DNA from: a virus
Virus record (IMG/VR): IMGVR_UViG_3300023174_006147
Span: 1 to 64,000 of that record
Length of the DNA: 64,000 nt
Direction: 5' to 3' (one strand)
Numbering within the stretch: the stretch's first letter is position 1; each line of letters starts with the position of its first letter. The translations under genes were made by a program, and so were the position numbers. Under the pieces are notes generated by a model that was not told where the DNA came from, made no database searches, and saw nothing but the letters and a program-made list of their open reading frames with translations. Below, one piece after another: positions 10,947-21,827 of the stretch.

Positions 10947-11189
10947 TCAACCAACATTGATTAATCCGTCTAAGTCTTTATTTTGCTTTTCAAATAATCG
11001 CTTATTTGCATCAGCTTGTCTTTTTGTGATTTCTGCTCTAATTGCCTCGATAATGACAACTATTTGGCGAGCAGCTCCGCTATTGCCCATTCTCATTGCA
11101 ATTGTATATTTTTTGTTAAGATCGGTGAGCTTGTTATCTAGCTCGGTGTCTTTTAATGGCGAAAGGTCTTCTAATAAAGGATTAAACAT
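10947..11189 (-). CDS. hypothetical protein
   Basis: 80-aa helical ORF. Confidence 0.55.
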   Translation of the reverse strand: MFNPLLEDLSPLKDTELDNKLTDLNKKYTIAMRMGNSGAARQIVVIIEAIRAEITKRQADANKRLFEKQNKDLDGLINVG

Positions 11190-11681
11190 TTAGATATTTC
11201 CAACGAAATACCACTTAGAGGTATCGTATATAAGAGGAGAATACCTAGATGATATTATCGTGCCTGTGCTTGAAATATTTCCACTTGTAGTTATTGAAAA
11301 CACTTGATTTTCACTTAGTGCCCTGATATATATTAGTTGGCCATTGGTTCCGTTTGTAATAGTTGATATTGAATCGGTGGGATTTAGAGAATAAACAGCG
11401 TATAGTGAGTTAGTATTATTTACAGCTATGGTATTATTTGTGATTAGTATTGATGTTGAACTACTTTGTATATTTCCTATTACCAAATTAGTTAATGTTG
11501 ACAGTGTGACTTGAGTATTAGATTGTATACTTTGAATATTTGTGATTTCAGTTGCTGCTACATTAAGTGCTGATCGTATTAGACTATAATTATCACGAAA
11601 TCCCTGTGTGTCATTATCTTGGCCCTGAATAGGAAAGACAATGTTTATACTTGTGCTATAAGTTGTGATTGTTGAAGACAT
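11190..11681 (-). CDS. putative virion structural protein
   Basis: N-terminal FPIQGQDNDTQGFRDNY shared with 13371-14318; S/T-rich; ATAAATA upstream. Confidence 0.6.
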   Translation of the reverse strand: MSSTITTYSTSINIVFPIQGQDNDTQGFRDNYSLIRSALNVAATEITNIQSIQSNTQVTLSTLTNLVIGNIQSSSTSILITNNTIAVNNTNSLYAVYSLNPTDSISTITNGTNGQLIYIRALSENQVFSITTSGNISSTGTIISSRYSPLIYDTSKWYFVGNI

Positions 11682-11708
11682 GATGTTATTTATCTCAATT
11701 TTTAACAG

Positions 11709-13367
11709 TTATCGTTTTATTTTAGAACGGGGATACATTACACCTGTGCTAGGTCTAGTTTTTCTGTTTGTTGAAGGATAAACATTTCCTGAACTGGGCC
11801 TTTCAATGTAGTAATAGAGATATCGATTATTTGATGCATCTCCTAGACTAAAATATGGCGAAGTATTAATTGTGCCCGTTGAATCTATTTGTGATTTTTT
11901 AGAATATTGAACAACATAGTCAAGTGCTTCTGATTGTGTTATTCTTGGATAAATTTCAGCTAAACACGCAATATATCCAGATACCTGTGGCGAAGACATA
12001 CTAGTTCCACTGACAGCTCCTAACCTATAACTTGAATTTCTGGGATCGTTAGCTAATGTTATACCAAATTCAGTTGCTGCGGCAGAATTGTAAACTGAGC
12101 TGATGATGTTGACTCCTGGTGCCCAAATATCAACACGGCTTCCGTAATTACTAAAATTGCCTTTAAATTCTTGTTTTTCTACCCCAATTGCACCTACACA
12201 GATTACTCCTTCGGAAGATCCAGGGCTGGATCCTCTAGAATGATAAATTGTTGTTGTTCCGCTTGGAAATATTGCGACTATATTATTATTGTAGTTTGAA
12301 TCAGATGGTGTTACTATATTCCAATAACTATTCCCGGCAGACGCAACTACAATTACACCATCATTAATTGCGTCGATTACATCAGCATTTAGCGCAGGAT
12401 AGTAAGATGGAGTTCGATACAAAGATGTTCCTAGTGGAACTGGCACGCCATTTGCTTCTAAAATTGATTTTCTGTTAAAGTCGATTCCGGTAACTGATGT
12501 GGTTGTTCCAAGATAAGTGACTGAGGTCACGCTAGTAAGTGGTATACTATTAAACACATATCCCCAGCTATGATTGGTCACGGTTGGATTACGAAGGCCG
12601 GTAACAGGATTAATTGGTTTATTTTTATGAAATGCTCTTAAATAATCAAAAATATACAGTTGCCAATTTGTTGGACTATTGGCTGCGGTATAATTAAATT
12701 CTATGTTGTAAATATTTGCATCTCTGGCCCATCCTTGAGTATTACCGGCAACTGTTCCAGCAACATGTGTTCCATGATTATTTAAAATAATGCTATAGCT
12801 GTAGCTGCCAGTTGTAACGATGCCTACAATGTTACTAAGAGAAAACCAATTATATTGAATTACCCTAGATCCTCCAGTGCCGTTAATATTAACTGCAAAT
12901 TCCGGATGATTTACATTAATGTGTGCATCTACAATAACAACATCAACATTTTTTCCACTATATGGAACAGATATAGTTGCAGTGGTCTGTGTAAAAGTGC
13001 CATTAGTGCCCCAGTCTGAAATTGAATTACCAGATGCCACCCTGAGTAATCCCCAGTTTTTGTCATTAGAGTCAATAACAGCTGATTTTTCAAAATTTCC
13101 AGTTTGAGTCCAATGTGGAACAACTTCTATGCCTAGTTCGGACGGCAATAGCTCTACTGCAAGTACTCTAGGATCTTGTCGTATAGATTCAGCTTCCTCA
13201 CCGGTTAATAAGTAGTGTGTATTTCTACTCAATGGCCTGCGTTGAACCAAATCCACTTCTCTATCTGGTATAAACTCAGGTCCGCCAATAGTTTCCATGT
13301 CATTGTAAAATTCTTCAGAATCTGAAAAATTCTTTAATGTTACAATGTATTCTTTTAATTCTGACAT
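11709..13367 (-). CDS. subtilisin-like S8 serine protease (probably virion-associated)
   Basis: VVIVD, HGTHVAG, ASAGN, GTSMSSP; I9-like propeptide. Confidence 0.9.
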   Translation of the reverse strand: MSELKEYIVTLKNFSDSEEFYNDMETIGGPEFIPDREVDLVQRRPLSRNTHYLLTGEEAESIRQDPRVLAVELLPSELGIEVVPHWTQTGNFEKSAVIDSNDKNWGLLRVASGNSISDWGTNGTFTQTTATISVPYSGKNVDVVIVDAHINVNHPEFAVNINGTGGSRVIQYNWFSLSNIVGIVTTGSYSYSIILNNHGTHVAGTVAGNTQGWARDANIYNIEFNYTAANSPTNWQLYIFDYLRAFHKNKPINPVTGLRNPTVTNHSWGYVFNSIPLTSVTSVTYLGTTTSVTGIDFNRKSILEANGVPVPLGTSLYRTPSYYPALNADVIDAINDGVIVVASAGNSYWNIVTPSDSNYNNNIVAIFPSGTTTIYHSRGSSPGSSEGVICVGAIGVEKQEFKGNFSNYGSRVDIWAPGVNIISSVYNSAAATEFGITLANDPRNSSYRLGAVSGTSMSSPQVSGYIACLAEIYPRITQSEALDYVVQYSKKSQIDSTGTINTSPYFSLGDASNNRYLYYYIERPSSGNVYPSTNRKTRPSTGVMYPRSKIKR

Positions 13368-13370
13368 AAA

Positions 13371-14318
13371 TTATGCTTCTAGTTGCACGATGACTAACGA
13401 CACTGTAACAGCAACGGTGGAATTACTTTGGTTAGTTACTGAAATTGGTATGGACGTAGTTGGCGATGTCTCATCATTAAATCCAAATACTCCTGGAGAT
13501 ACGAGTATTGGAGCAGTTGATGTTGTTATAAATTCTGCAATAACTCCGCTACTCGGCAATGGGTCGGTATTTATTGATCTTGTGGAGTCTGATGATCTTG
13601 CAGCATCACTGGAATATAATCTAATCCAACTTGAAGTAGACGCAGTTATTTTATAAAGTATGTATCCTTTTTCACCTGCTATAAAGGTGGTTGCAGTAGA
13701 ACCCGGTGATAACACTGAAGTAGCGGTTGATACTGTCTTTCTACTAGTTAATCCTAATCCTCCGCCGCCAGCCGCACTGATGGTTCCGTCTGCTGTTATA
13801 GAGATGCCTGTCCCTATTTTTACTCCGCCTAGGGAGTTTGATGTTGCAGTAGTAAGTATATAATTTCCAGGAGGAACACTGATCATTCCTTCTGCATCTA
13901 CTGATATTCCTGATCCTATTTTGACACCTCCTAGAACACTAGCAGTTGCACGAGGCAGATTGTAGACATATGTTGCACTGAGAGTTCCGTTTCCGGTAAT
14001 TGATAATCCTGAACCGATTCTAACTCCACCTAGAGAGTTTGATGTTGCAGTAGTAAGTGTGTAATTTCCAGGAGAAACACTAATTACACCGTTGTTAGTT
14101 ACATTAATTCCTGAACCAATTCTTACAATACCAGCTGTTATTGTAGACGCAACTGATATTCCAGCCGGAAAACTTTGTAAATTTGTTATCTCATTGGCGG
14201 CAATGTTTAGTGCCTGTGCTATGTATCCAAAATTGTCTCTAAATCCTTGGCTAGGATTGTCTTTTCCCTGTACAGGAAAATTGGTATTAATATTCACAGT
14301 GCTTATATTGCTGGCCAT
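13371..14318 (-). CDS. putative fibre/structural protein with ATxxxLGGVKIGSG repeats
   Basis: four LGGV(K/R)IG-type repeats; FPVQGKDNPSQGFRDNF N-terminus. Confidence 0.7.
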   Translation of the reverse strand: MASNISTVNINTNFPVQGKDNPSQGFRDNFGYIAQALNIAANEITNLQSFPAGISVASTITAGIVRIGSGINVTNNGVISVSPGNYTLTTATSNSLGGVRIGSGLSITGNGTLSATYVYNLPRATASVLGGVKIGSGISVDAEGMISVPPGNYILTTATSNSLGGVKIGTGISITADGTISAAGGGGLGLTSRKTVSTATSVLSPGSTATTFIAGEKGYILYKITASTSSWIRLYSSDAARSSDSTRSINTDPLPSSGVIAEFITTSTAPILVSPGVFGFNDETSPTTSIPISVTNQSNSTVAVTVSLVIVQLEA

Positions 14319-14347
14319 AGTTTAAACCCTTATTTATATGATATTTA

Positions 14348-16702
14348 TTATCTTTCAGTTGGATAAAATAGCCAACCACTTTGATCGGAATCCAACGGAG
14401 TCTCTACAATTATTCTGTCTGTGTCAAAATTGAATTGTAGAAAGTCAAATTTACTACTTTTTATTCTGGAAATTATTTTTGCCGAATTTCCTGGTAATGC
14501 ATAGCATAACACCACTGCCTTGATAAAACCTAGAGGCACACCGTTAGATTTAAGGGTATTCATATACCTAGGTCTAAGGCCCTCGTCAGTCGATATATTT
14601 TCGTCAGAAATCATAATTGATTCTAATTGAAATTGTATGTTTCCAAGAGAATTCACGGTCGATGGGCTGTATGTTCCTATCATTTGGTCATCAATTATGT
14701 CAATATATACTAGTTCATAAATGATATTGCCTAGGTCATCGGTTGCATTAACACTTTTAACCTCTCCAAAGTAAAACTTTTTTCTATAGAAATAAGAATT
14801 TAAGGCAGAAGAATAATCATCCAGACTAAGTTTCTGTATGCCAGTTTCAAGTAACATTTTTATTTCTCTTTGTGATCCAAATTCTAAATCGTTTGGTCTA
14901 TAAAGAAGAGACGAATCAAATATAGTAGAATCATTTATAAATTCTTCATAAATTACTCTTTTATTAACTGGCATAAATGGTTTTACAAACATTCTAGTGT
15001 ATTCAGTTCTTGAATTTTCTAAAATAGTTATACTAAACTCTTGATCAATTAGATTAGATCGGTAAACATCAGATGCTCGGACAGTAAACTTCCAATTTTT
15101 ATCAACGGTAGTAGTGCCTCCATCCATCATTAGGGATGATAGTGAATTGGTAGAACTAAAGTCAAATATAGTTTGAGAATTGTAATTAATTTTGCCTTGA
15201 ATATTACCATCTGGCAACAGTGTTAGACCAGAAGGCAAATTACCTCCAATTAATGAATATTGAACTGAATACTCTGAATTGACATTTTTGGCAATAACCG
15301 ATAACTCGCTTATCTGGCCAGGCATTAAAGTGCCTAGTGATCCAGTACTAACAAATTGAATATAACTATCAATGTCTCCTTTTATTCTTAGTAAAAATAT
15401 CTGAGGAGTGACACTAGATGACGACGATGCGGTATCAGTTTTATTGAGGTCTACCGTAAACTTGTAATCTATACTGTATGATGGCTGATATGGTATTTGT
15501 CCATATAGAACGCCACTGTTAGTGTCAAGTGATATGCCTGGAGGATGAACGCTCAGTGAACCTACAAAAATCATTAGATTATTGGGAATAGTTCCAAAAA
15601 GAGGTTTATCAATATTGATAAATCCTTCTGTGTCTCCTGTTTTAACAACTCCAGTTATTTGATAAGTTGTTGAATTAAATCCATCAACATACAAATTTAG
15701 TTGAACAGCCATTCCCACAATGGGAAAGATTACAGTGTTATTAAAATATATAGAAGTTGATCCCTGGAGATTTTTAGTAGAATTTTTACTATCTGTAATC
15801 AATCTGATTTCTGGATTGACTGTTCTTTCCCAATTCCAGACAAGTGGACCAGAATATGGATAAGGATCATACTCATTTAATTCTATCACAAGTGGTCTAT
15901 TTGCTCGTACAGTTCCTAAATTTGCAGTTTTTGACAATCTTCCGCCATATGGATCAAGCCATATTGGCTGAGGAATCAGTCCTTCGCCTAGATTAGCAGG
16001 ATCTACTACTTCAATACCGAATAGTCTATCTATTCCTTGAACTCCGTCGGTCACCGTTACTTGAAATTGATACAGTCTATTGACAGCTTTTGGAATAAAT
16101 GCAGTAGTAACATTGCTTACCATTGCATGATCATAGGGATATTGATCGTATCGCTCGTCATCATACCCACCGGATTCACTTACTTCCCAGTCTAATTGAA
16201 GTTGATCTGCAACAATTCCGTATATTCTTCCCGATGGTGTTAATGTCAGGCCAGGAGGCAATGTTCCTTTGCCATCTGCTATGTAATATTTTAAAGAATT
16301 TCCGCCAGTGAGTAATATATTTTCTGCACGAAGTTGAAAATCCACATATTCTAAGTTTATCGTGTAATATTCGCCGTTAAGGCCTACTGGCAATAGTCCA
16401 TTAGATGTTATCCAATTTGGTAAATTTGATCCAGTAACTAATAAGGAGAACGATCGGTCTTTTATTCCATGTGTATTTGAGGCACGGGTCACAAATGTTG
16501 ATAATGTTTCAACAGAAACAGAAACGGGTGTACCTGATATGATTCCAGTGGATGAATTTAGATATATACCTGGCGGTACTTCTCCAGAAATTATTGAATA
16601 TGAAATACCCGTCCCAGTTGCAAAGACAGCAGTGGACGTACTCCTTAGTTGAGTAAGTGTGCCTAAAAACCCTGACGGGGTGATCCATACTGGAGAGGTC
16701 AT
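14348..16702 (-). CDS. large structural protein with He_PIG-like Ig repeats (baseplate/tail region)
   Basis: repeated LPPGL.L...G.I.G motifs; ATAAATA upstream. Confidence 0.7.
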   Translation of the reverse strand: MTSPVWITPSGFLGTLTQLRSTSTAVFATGTGISYSIISGEVPPGIYLNSSTGIISGTPVSVSVETLSTFVTRASNTHGIKDRSFSLLVTGSNLPNWITSNGLLPVGLNGEYYTINLEYVDFQLRAENILLTGGNSLKYYIADGKGTLPPGLTLTPSGRIYGIVADQLQLDWEVSESGGYDDERYDQYPYDHAMVSNVTTAFIPKAVNRLYQFQVTVTDGVQGIDRLFGIEVVDPANLGEGLIPQPIWLDPYGGRLSKTANLGTVRANRPLVIELNEYDPYPYSGPLVWNWERTVNPEIRLITDSKNSTKNLQGSTSIYFNNTVIFPIVGMAVQLNLYVDGFNSTTYQITGVVKTGDTEGFINIDKPLFGTIPNNLMIFVGSLSVHPPGISLDTNSGVLYGQIPYQPSYSIDYKFTVDLNKTDTASSSSSVTPQIFLLRIKGDIDSYIQFVSTGSLGTLMPGQISELSVIAKNVNSEYSVQYSLIGGNLPSGLTLLPDGNIQGKINYNSQTIFDFSSTNSLSSLMMDGGTTTVDKNWKFTVRASDVYRSNLIDQEFSITILENSRTEYTRMFVKPFMPVNKRVIYEEFINDSTIFDSSLLYRPNDLEFGSQREIKMLLETGIQKLSLDDYSSALNSYFYRKKFYFGEVKSVNATDDLGNIIYELVYIDIIDDQMIGTYSPSTVNSLGNIQFQLESIMISDENISTDEGLRPRYMNTLKSNGVPLGFIKAVVLCYALPGNSAKIISRIKSSKFDFLQFNFDTDRIIVETPLDSDQSGWLFYPTER

Positions 16703-16739
16703 TCATGTTTCCTATAGCTGTGTGCTATTTATTCAAATT

Positions 16740-17561
16740 TTAATCAAAAAGCTGTTCAATTTCCTGTACTAAATCAGGATCACTTGTAGATCCTATTATT
16801 TTGCCACGGTGTTTGCCAATTAACATTTCTCTAGCAGCAATCTCACTCATGCCGCGTGTCTGTAAATAATAGATTTTTTCTGCGTCTAAGTAATCGGTAC
16901 TTGTTATGCAATTTATTCTGGCAGATTCGGTTACATTATATGATTCAGGAATACTATGACATTTGCCGCCTGGTTCAGTAATTAAATTTGCCAAGTCCAT
17001 GCTGATTTGTGTGTGTCTTGAATGTTCCGCGACACTCGACATGCAATGAACAACTGTTTGGCTTTTTGATCCAGCTTCACATGAAATCATTTGATTACTT
17101 GCACTATAGCTACCTTGATGATCTATCTTGGTAATTATTTCACAATCTCCTCCAGATCTACTCATGATGTATCCATAGGAATTAAAGGTAGCCAAATCAT
17201 CTAGCGTGACTTCAAAAATATGCTTATTAAGCTTTCCACCTTTGATAAACATTCCCATATTTAATGTTGCGCCATCCCTCAGAATGATATCATATATAAA
17301 GACCTGTTGAAGTTTATCAAAAGCATCATTTATAATAGTAAGATCCAATGAAGCACCTTCTCTGACATCAATTTTGATATGTTTTGCCAACAATTCACGT
17401 TCATTAGGAGATTGGCGCAATACCATATATTCTGTCTTGTTCGGTCCAAGTTCTAATAAACTTGCATCTACTATTTTAAATTCTTTATCAAAATACTGAT
17501 CTGGAGTAAACGCCCAATCAGGATCGCCTTTTTTTGCCTTAAGAAAGCTCTGAATACCCAT
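16740..17561 (-). CDS. SufB/SufD-like beta-helix protein
   Basis: C-terminal YYLQTRGMSEIAAREMLI; follows the SufC-like gene. Confidence 0.75.
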   Translation of the reverse strand: MGIQSFLKAKKGDPDWAFTPDQYFDKEFKIVDASLLELGPNKTEYMVLRQSPNERELLAKHIKIDVREGASLDLTIINDAFDKLQQVFIYDIILRDGATLNMGMFIKGGKLNKHIFEVTLDDLATFNSYGYIMSRSGGDCEIITKIDHQGSYSASNQMISCEAGSKSQTVVHCMSSVAEHSRHTQISMDLANLITEPGGKCHSIPESYNVTESARINCITSTDYLDAEKIYYLQTRGMSEIAAREMLIGKHRGKIIGSTSDPDLVQEIEQLFD

Positions 17562-18261
17562 TTTCTACGATCCTCTTACATAATTCGCCATCGCCAGACA
17601 TGGTAATTTTTCCCGAGGTCATTACATGAATATGCGTGGGGTTTATTAAACTTAAAAATAATTGATTTCTTGTAATGATCAATGCACTGCATTTATTAAT
17701 TGCGATTGCTTCGTTGACTACATTTGCAAATAATTTGACCTCATTTTCTGAAAGGCCGTCATCAATTTCGTCTAAAATGATTAATTTTGGATCTGACATT
17801 AACATATGAACTATTTCATTGTATTTGAAATGAGATAATAACATTGGACCATCGATGTTAATTTTATCACCATGTGATTCCGTTAATCCCATCATCTGGC
17901 AACATGCTAAATATCCAGCTTGCATCTTGTCTATGTCTTGTAAAGATGCCTTGATAAAATTTTCAAATAGTTCCCAGTTGGTAAAATTCTCAAAGTCTGG
18001 TGGATTTTGAAAACCGATAAAAATTCCACGCTTGCTTCGTTCTTGTGCTGAAAGTTTATTGATTTTTTTTCTGTCAAATGTGATATTGCCACTTTCAATG
18101 ACCAGACTTGGATGTCCAGTAATAATGTGTGCCAATGCTGATTTTCCGCTATGAACTGGTCCAGTTACTACATGGATTTCTCCAGAATTTATAGATAAAT
18201 TTATATCAGTTAATAATGGCTGATTTTCTGCAACTACAAATAAGTTGTTAATTTTTAACAT
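17539..18261 (-). CDS. sufC: SufC-like ABC ATPase (degenerate)
   Basis: LKINNL, GEIHVVTGPVHSGKS, ERSKRGIFIGFQNP, ILDEIDDGL. Confidence 0.75.
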   Translation of the reverse strand: MLKINNLFVVAENQPLLTDINLSINSGEIHVVTGPVHSGKSALAHIITGHPSLVIESGNITFDRKKINKLSAQERSKRGIFIGFQNPPDFENFTNWELFENFIKASLQDIDKMQAGYLACCQMMGLTESHGDKINIDGPMLLSHFKYNEIVHMLMSDPKLIILDEIDDGLSENEVKLFANVVNEAIAINKCSALIITRNQLFLSLINPTHIHVMTSGKITMSGDGELCKRIVENGYSELS

Positions 18262-18264
18262 AAT

Positions 18265-18843
18265 TTATCTTGAAATCCCTAACTCTGGCATCCTTTGCTC
18301 AATTGATTCCCAGTTAATTATCTTCCAAATATTTTTTAAATATCTTGCCTTATCTGATTGATAATCCAATGCCCATGCATGTTCCCACCAATCTATCAAA
18401 ATTACTATATCTGACCTAATTTCATGATTTTTAATTGTTTTTATTTTTCCAGTTGTGGACAAATATACCCATCCTGACCCCTGAATAGGCATTGCTGCTT
18501 CCTCAAACGCCTTTTTTAGTTCATCAAAATCAGAAAAATGTTTATTAATGAAATTTGAAATTTTCTCTGTAGGCTTATTTGATCCTGAAGGTGCATGAAA
18601 TTGACCAAAATATATGTTATGTAAAAACGCACCCGCCTTGTTAAACTTCAAATCGCCTTCACTTTTGTTATACCGTTCGACATAAGATTTGTAAAGTTTG
18701 CCGTAATGATAGTCCATGGTGCTTTCTGACATTATTGGATCTAATTCATCTCGGGAATATGATAATTTTAATTGCGTTAAAATTTCACCATCTGATGATT
18801 TTGATTCTTGTAAAATAAAATCTTTTATGAAGTTTTGAGTCAT
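18265..18843 (-). CDS. sod: Fe/Mn superoxide dismutase
   Basis: YHYGK, FLHN, QGSGW, DWWEHAW. Confidence 0.88.
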   Translation of the reverse strand: MTQNFIKDFILQESKSSDGEILTQLKLSYSRDELDPIMSESTMDYHYGKLYKSYVERYNKSEGDLKFNKAGAFLHNIYFGQFHAPSGSNKPTEKISNFINKHFSDFDELKKAFEEAAMPIQGSGWVYLSTTGKIKTIKNHEIRSDIVILIDWWEHAWALDYQSDKARYLKNIWKIINWESIEQRMPELGISR

Positions 18844-18905
18844 GCATATATTTATGGGATTAAATACATGAGCGCAGTATTTTAGCGCATAAAAGGAGAT
18901 TATTA

Positions 18906-19166
18906 ATGTTTGAATTTTTAAAAAAATTGTTTGGATTTAATAAATCGGCACCTCTGTCAGAAGCAGTTGCACCGATTATTAAAGATATTGAAGATAAGTT
19001 TGCTGATAAGATCGAAGAACTAGTTGTACCTGCTCGCGAACGAGTTATTGAAAAAGTTGTAGAAGCTGTTGACGCCGTGGAAACTGCTGTTCCTGCACTT
19101 GAGCCGGTCATTCAGGAAGTGGCTAAGAAAGTTCGTAAGCCACGTAAGCCAAAGACTCCTAAGTAA
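18906..19166 (+). CDS. small hypothetical protein with basic tail
   Basis: AAGGAG SD, 86 aa. Confidence 0.6.
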   Translation: MFEFLKKLFGFNKSAPLSEAVAPIIKDIEDKFADKIEELVVPARERVIEKVVEAVDAVETAVPALEPVIQEVAKKVRKPRKPKTPK

Positions 19167-20172
19167 CTAGGTTGGCTAGAGCAAAACTAGCCAAGTTCTT
19201 CCCCTTGCTTTCGCACATGATATCATGTGTGTCTAGAAAACTCAGTGCCCATTGATTTACGGAATTATTCCAGAAAAAATCAGAATGGGCCCTGAGTTTA
19301 CCTTTTTTAAAGCCAGTTTCTAACAGTGAGTTAAGATCGGGTCTAGTGTCCCTGCAGTGGTCAACGAGCAAGTCTTCTCTGGAAACTGAGTAATGACAAA
19401 CAGGACGCACACCGCGCCAGCTATCAATAATCCTTTTAACACGATCATCAGTATTTTCAATGTATTCTCCTGTGGCTACCCAATGATGATGTATGTCTAG
19501 GACTAATGCACAATCATTGACTAATTCAAGACTGTGATCTACTCCCCACGTCATTTCATCATTCTCAATCGTAATCATGTTACGTGCCTCTGCCGAGAGC
19601 CTTGACAAAGCAGCACGAATTCCGTCCGGACCTAAGCGACCAGAAACATGAACATTAATTTTGAAGTCTTGAAAAGTTTTGCCATATCCCATCCACCTGG
19701 CAACATCTGTGTGATATTCAAACTCTTCAATACTGCTATCTACAATTCTAGGATTATCGGATGCCAAAACTGTAAACTGCCCTGGATGCATCGATAGACG
19801 CACATCATGTTTTCTTGCAATTTCTCCAATTAATGCAAGATTTTTTTCACAATAGTCTATGACATCAGGTCTTTTATAGAACCATGACCAGTCAGCGTGT
19901 GTATAAACTGGAAAAACATCACTTGTAAGACGAACCATGCGCAAGTTTGGATCTAGCGTGGCAACCTTGCTAACAAGATTCTTGATTGAGTCAATGTTTT
20001 GTACCATTATGTCCCAAAGACGTTCTTCGGCAATATCACGGGATTGCCTACTAAGCCATGCGACAGTGGTTGTACCACTGTTATACTTTTTGCATTCATC
20101 GGTAGATTTAATTCCATTAACCTGCTCTGGAAAATCAATATACTTACAAGCAAATCCGACACGTTTAATCAT
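19159..20172 (-). CDS. uvsE: UV-damage endonuclease
   Basis: RVGFAC, RLSMHPGQF, IENDE, LDIHHH, RAHSD, MCESKGK. Confidence 0.92.
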   Translation of the reverse strand: MIKRVGFACKYIDFPEQVNGIKSTDECKKYNSGTTTVAWLSRQSRDIAEERLWDIMVQNIDSIKNLVSKVATLDPNLRMVRLTSDVFPVYTHADWSWFYKRPDVIDYCEKNLALIGEIARKHDVRLSMHPGQFTVLASDNPRIVDSSIEEFEYHTDVARWMGYGKTFQDFKINVHVSGRLGPDGIRAALSRLSAEARNMITIENDEMTWGVDHSLELVNDCALVLDIHHHWVATGEYIENTDDRVKRIIDSWRGVRPVCHYSVSREDLLVDHCRDTRPDLNSLLETGFKKGKLRAHSDFFWNNSVNQWALSFLDTHDIMCESKGKNLASFALANLVT

Positions 20173-20384
20173 GAGTTTTTAATAATCCTAAAAATGTGAT
20201 GATAGCTATTTTGTGTTTGTTGTAATGCCCAGTTTAACTGTTTTGCAGGCATTTTGTCAACTACTAAATTGATATCTTTGTCCAAATCAAAAGGAGAGTA
20301 CATTCGCATAAAGATATTGCGATTACCATCAGTCAACTTGGGAAGGATGCGTTTAATTTCAGTCCGCTTCTGCTTCGGGGTCAT
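20169..20384 (-). CDS. hypothetical protein
   Basis: 71 aa, coupled to uvsE. Confidence 0.5.
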   Translation of the reverse strand: MTPKQKRTEIKRILPKLTDGNRNIFMRMYSPFDLDKDINLVVDKMPAKQLNWALQQTQNSYHHIFRIIKNS

Positions 20385-20420
20385 CTTTGAGTTACTTGCT
20401 TCTGCATAGTAAAGTAATCT

Positions 20421-20597
20421 TTAAGCAGTTTCATCGTCAGCCTTTCTTAGTGTCCAAGAGCCATCTTCATTGTCGAGCCATTCAAGAGTATCTCCCTCTT
20501 GCCAGCCTACGCTTTCGAGTAAGCCGTCAGGAAAGGGAAGAACAATATCTTCTCCATCTTCTATTACTGTTACTGTCCATGTTGTAGTATTTGTCAT
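20421..20597 (-). CDS. small AbrB/MazE-like protein (not in the ORF track)
   Basis: hand translation MTNTTTWTVTVIEDGEDIVLPFPDGLLESVGWQEGDTLEW..., 58 aa, sigma70-like promoter upstream. Confidence 0.65.
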   Translation of the reverse strand: MTNTTTWTVTVIEDGEDIVLPFPDGLLESVGWQEGDTLEWLDNEDGSWTLRKADDETA

Positions 20598-20628
20598 GTT
20601 GCAATTATAGCAACATTATTGTAGTGTG

Positions 20629-20838
20629 TCAAGTGAACCTGGCTACGACGATTACGCCATAGCGATACATTTCGGTTATACATCCGATTCTTTGTGTGAC
20701 CAAATTTACCAATGAGATCATTTTAGGGCTATTACCGCATATAATTGTAAGTGGAAAACTTCCCTGGTTTAATAGGATGAAGTTTTCCACTATCATATCT
20801 ACATCTTGGTGTTTAACGCCATGAAGGTCAAGCTTCAT
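20629..20838 (-). CDS. Smr-like small domain protein
   Basis: LDLHG...IICG. Confidence 0.6.
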   Translation of the reverse strand: MKLDLHGVKHQDVDMIVENFILLNQGSFPLTIICGNSPKMISLVNLVTQRIGCITEMYRYGVIVVARFT

Positions 20839-20840
20839 TT

Positions 20841-21152
20841 TTATAGCTTGTTGAAATCATTTTTAATGTCATTAATAGCCTTGCCAGCTTCTATTAATTG
20901 TTCTATTTCCGTCTGACGATATGTCAGCATTAATTTAACAGTGCGCATTACCCAAAACCACCATGCACTGGTTAGTAAGATTCCCAAACTCGCAACAATC
21001 CATTCGGAATTATAATATGAAATATCATTCCATTTATAGATAATAATTAAAATTATTAATGAGACAATTCCACTTGATCTGATCCAAAACTGATACTCGC
21101 TGTTCAGTTTTTTAAGAGTGAGGAGTATGTATTCTGGTGACATTTTTTTCAT
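20841..21152 (-). CDS. membrane protein
   Basis: two hydrophobic segments. Confidence 0.55.
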   Translation of the reverse strand: MKKMSPEYILLTLKKLNSEYQFWIRSSGIVSLIILIIIYKWNDISYYNSEWIVASLGILLTSAWWFWVMRTVKLMLTYRQTEIEQLIEAGKAINDIKNDFNKL

Positions 21153-21221
21153 ATCGCACCTCCTACTAGTTTCTCAATAGTAATTATCTTGAGTTTATAT
21201 ATTATTAACTTGATATAGATT

Positions 21222-21824
21222 TTAAGACCTTTTATTGACAACCTGGTCAATCAATCCATAATCAAGCGCCTCTTGGGAATTCATAAAGGTGTCACGATCC
21301 ATATCTCGCTCAAATTCTTCGTATGTTTTTCCCTTTGAATTGTGATTAACATAAATTTGAGTAAGCTCTTGCTTCATTTTAGTGATTTCTTTGTATTGTA
21401 TCTCAATATCACTCTGCATGCCACTTGCACCTCCTGATGGTTGGTGGATCATGTGCCGTGCATAAGGCAACATAAATCTTTTGCCAGGAGCTCCGGCTTG
21501 TGCAAGTAGGGATCCCATTGAACATGCTTGGCCCATGACATATGTTGCAACATCTGGTCCAATAAATTGCATAGTGTCATAAATGCTCATTCCCGCAGTG
21601 ACAACGCCACCCGGTGAGTTAATATAAAAGTTAATATCTCTACTACTGTCCTCGCTCTCGAGGTGAAGTAACTGTGCAACAATTAGGTTTGCGCTATAAT
21701 CATCTACGGGCCCATTAAGGAATATAATTCTGTTATTGAGAAGCCTGCTATAAATGTCAAATGCACGTTCGCCTGTGCTGGTCTTTTCAATAACCATTGG
21801 TACTAGACTGTTATTCATATTCAT
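21222..21824 (-). CDS. clpP: ATP-dependent Clp protease proteolytic subunit
   Basis: DIYSRLL, YINSPGG, ACSMG, MIHQP, DRD. Confidence 0.95.
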   Translation of the reverse strand: MNMNNSLVPMVIEKTSTGERAFDIYSRLLNNRIIFLNGPVDDYSANLIVAQLLHLESEDSSRDINFYINSPGGVVTAGMSIYDTMQFIGPDVATYVMGQACSMGSLLAQAGAPGKRFMLPYARHMIHQPSGGASGMQSDIEIQYKEITKMKQELTQIYVNHNSKGKTYEEFERDMDRDTFMNSQEALDYGLIDQVVNKRS

Positions 21825-21827
21825 TCC

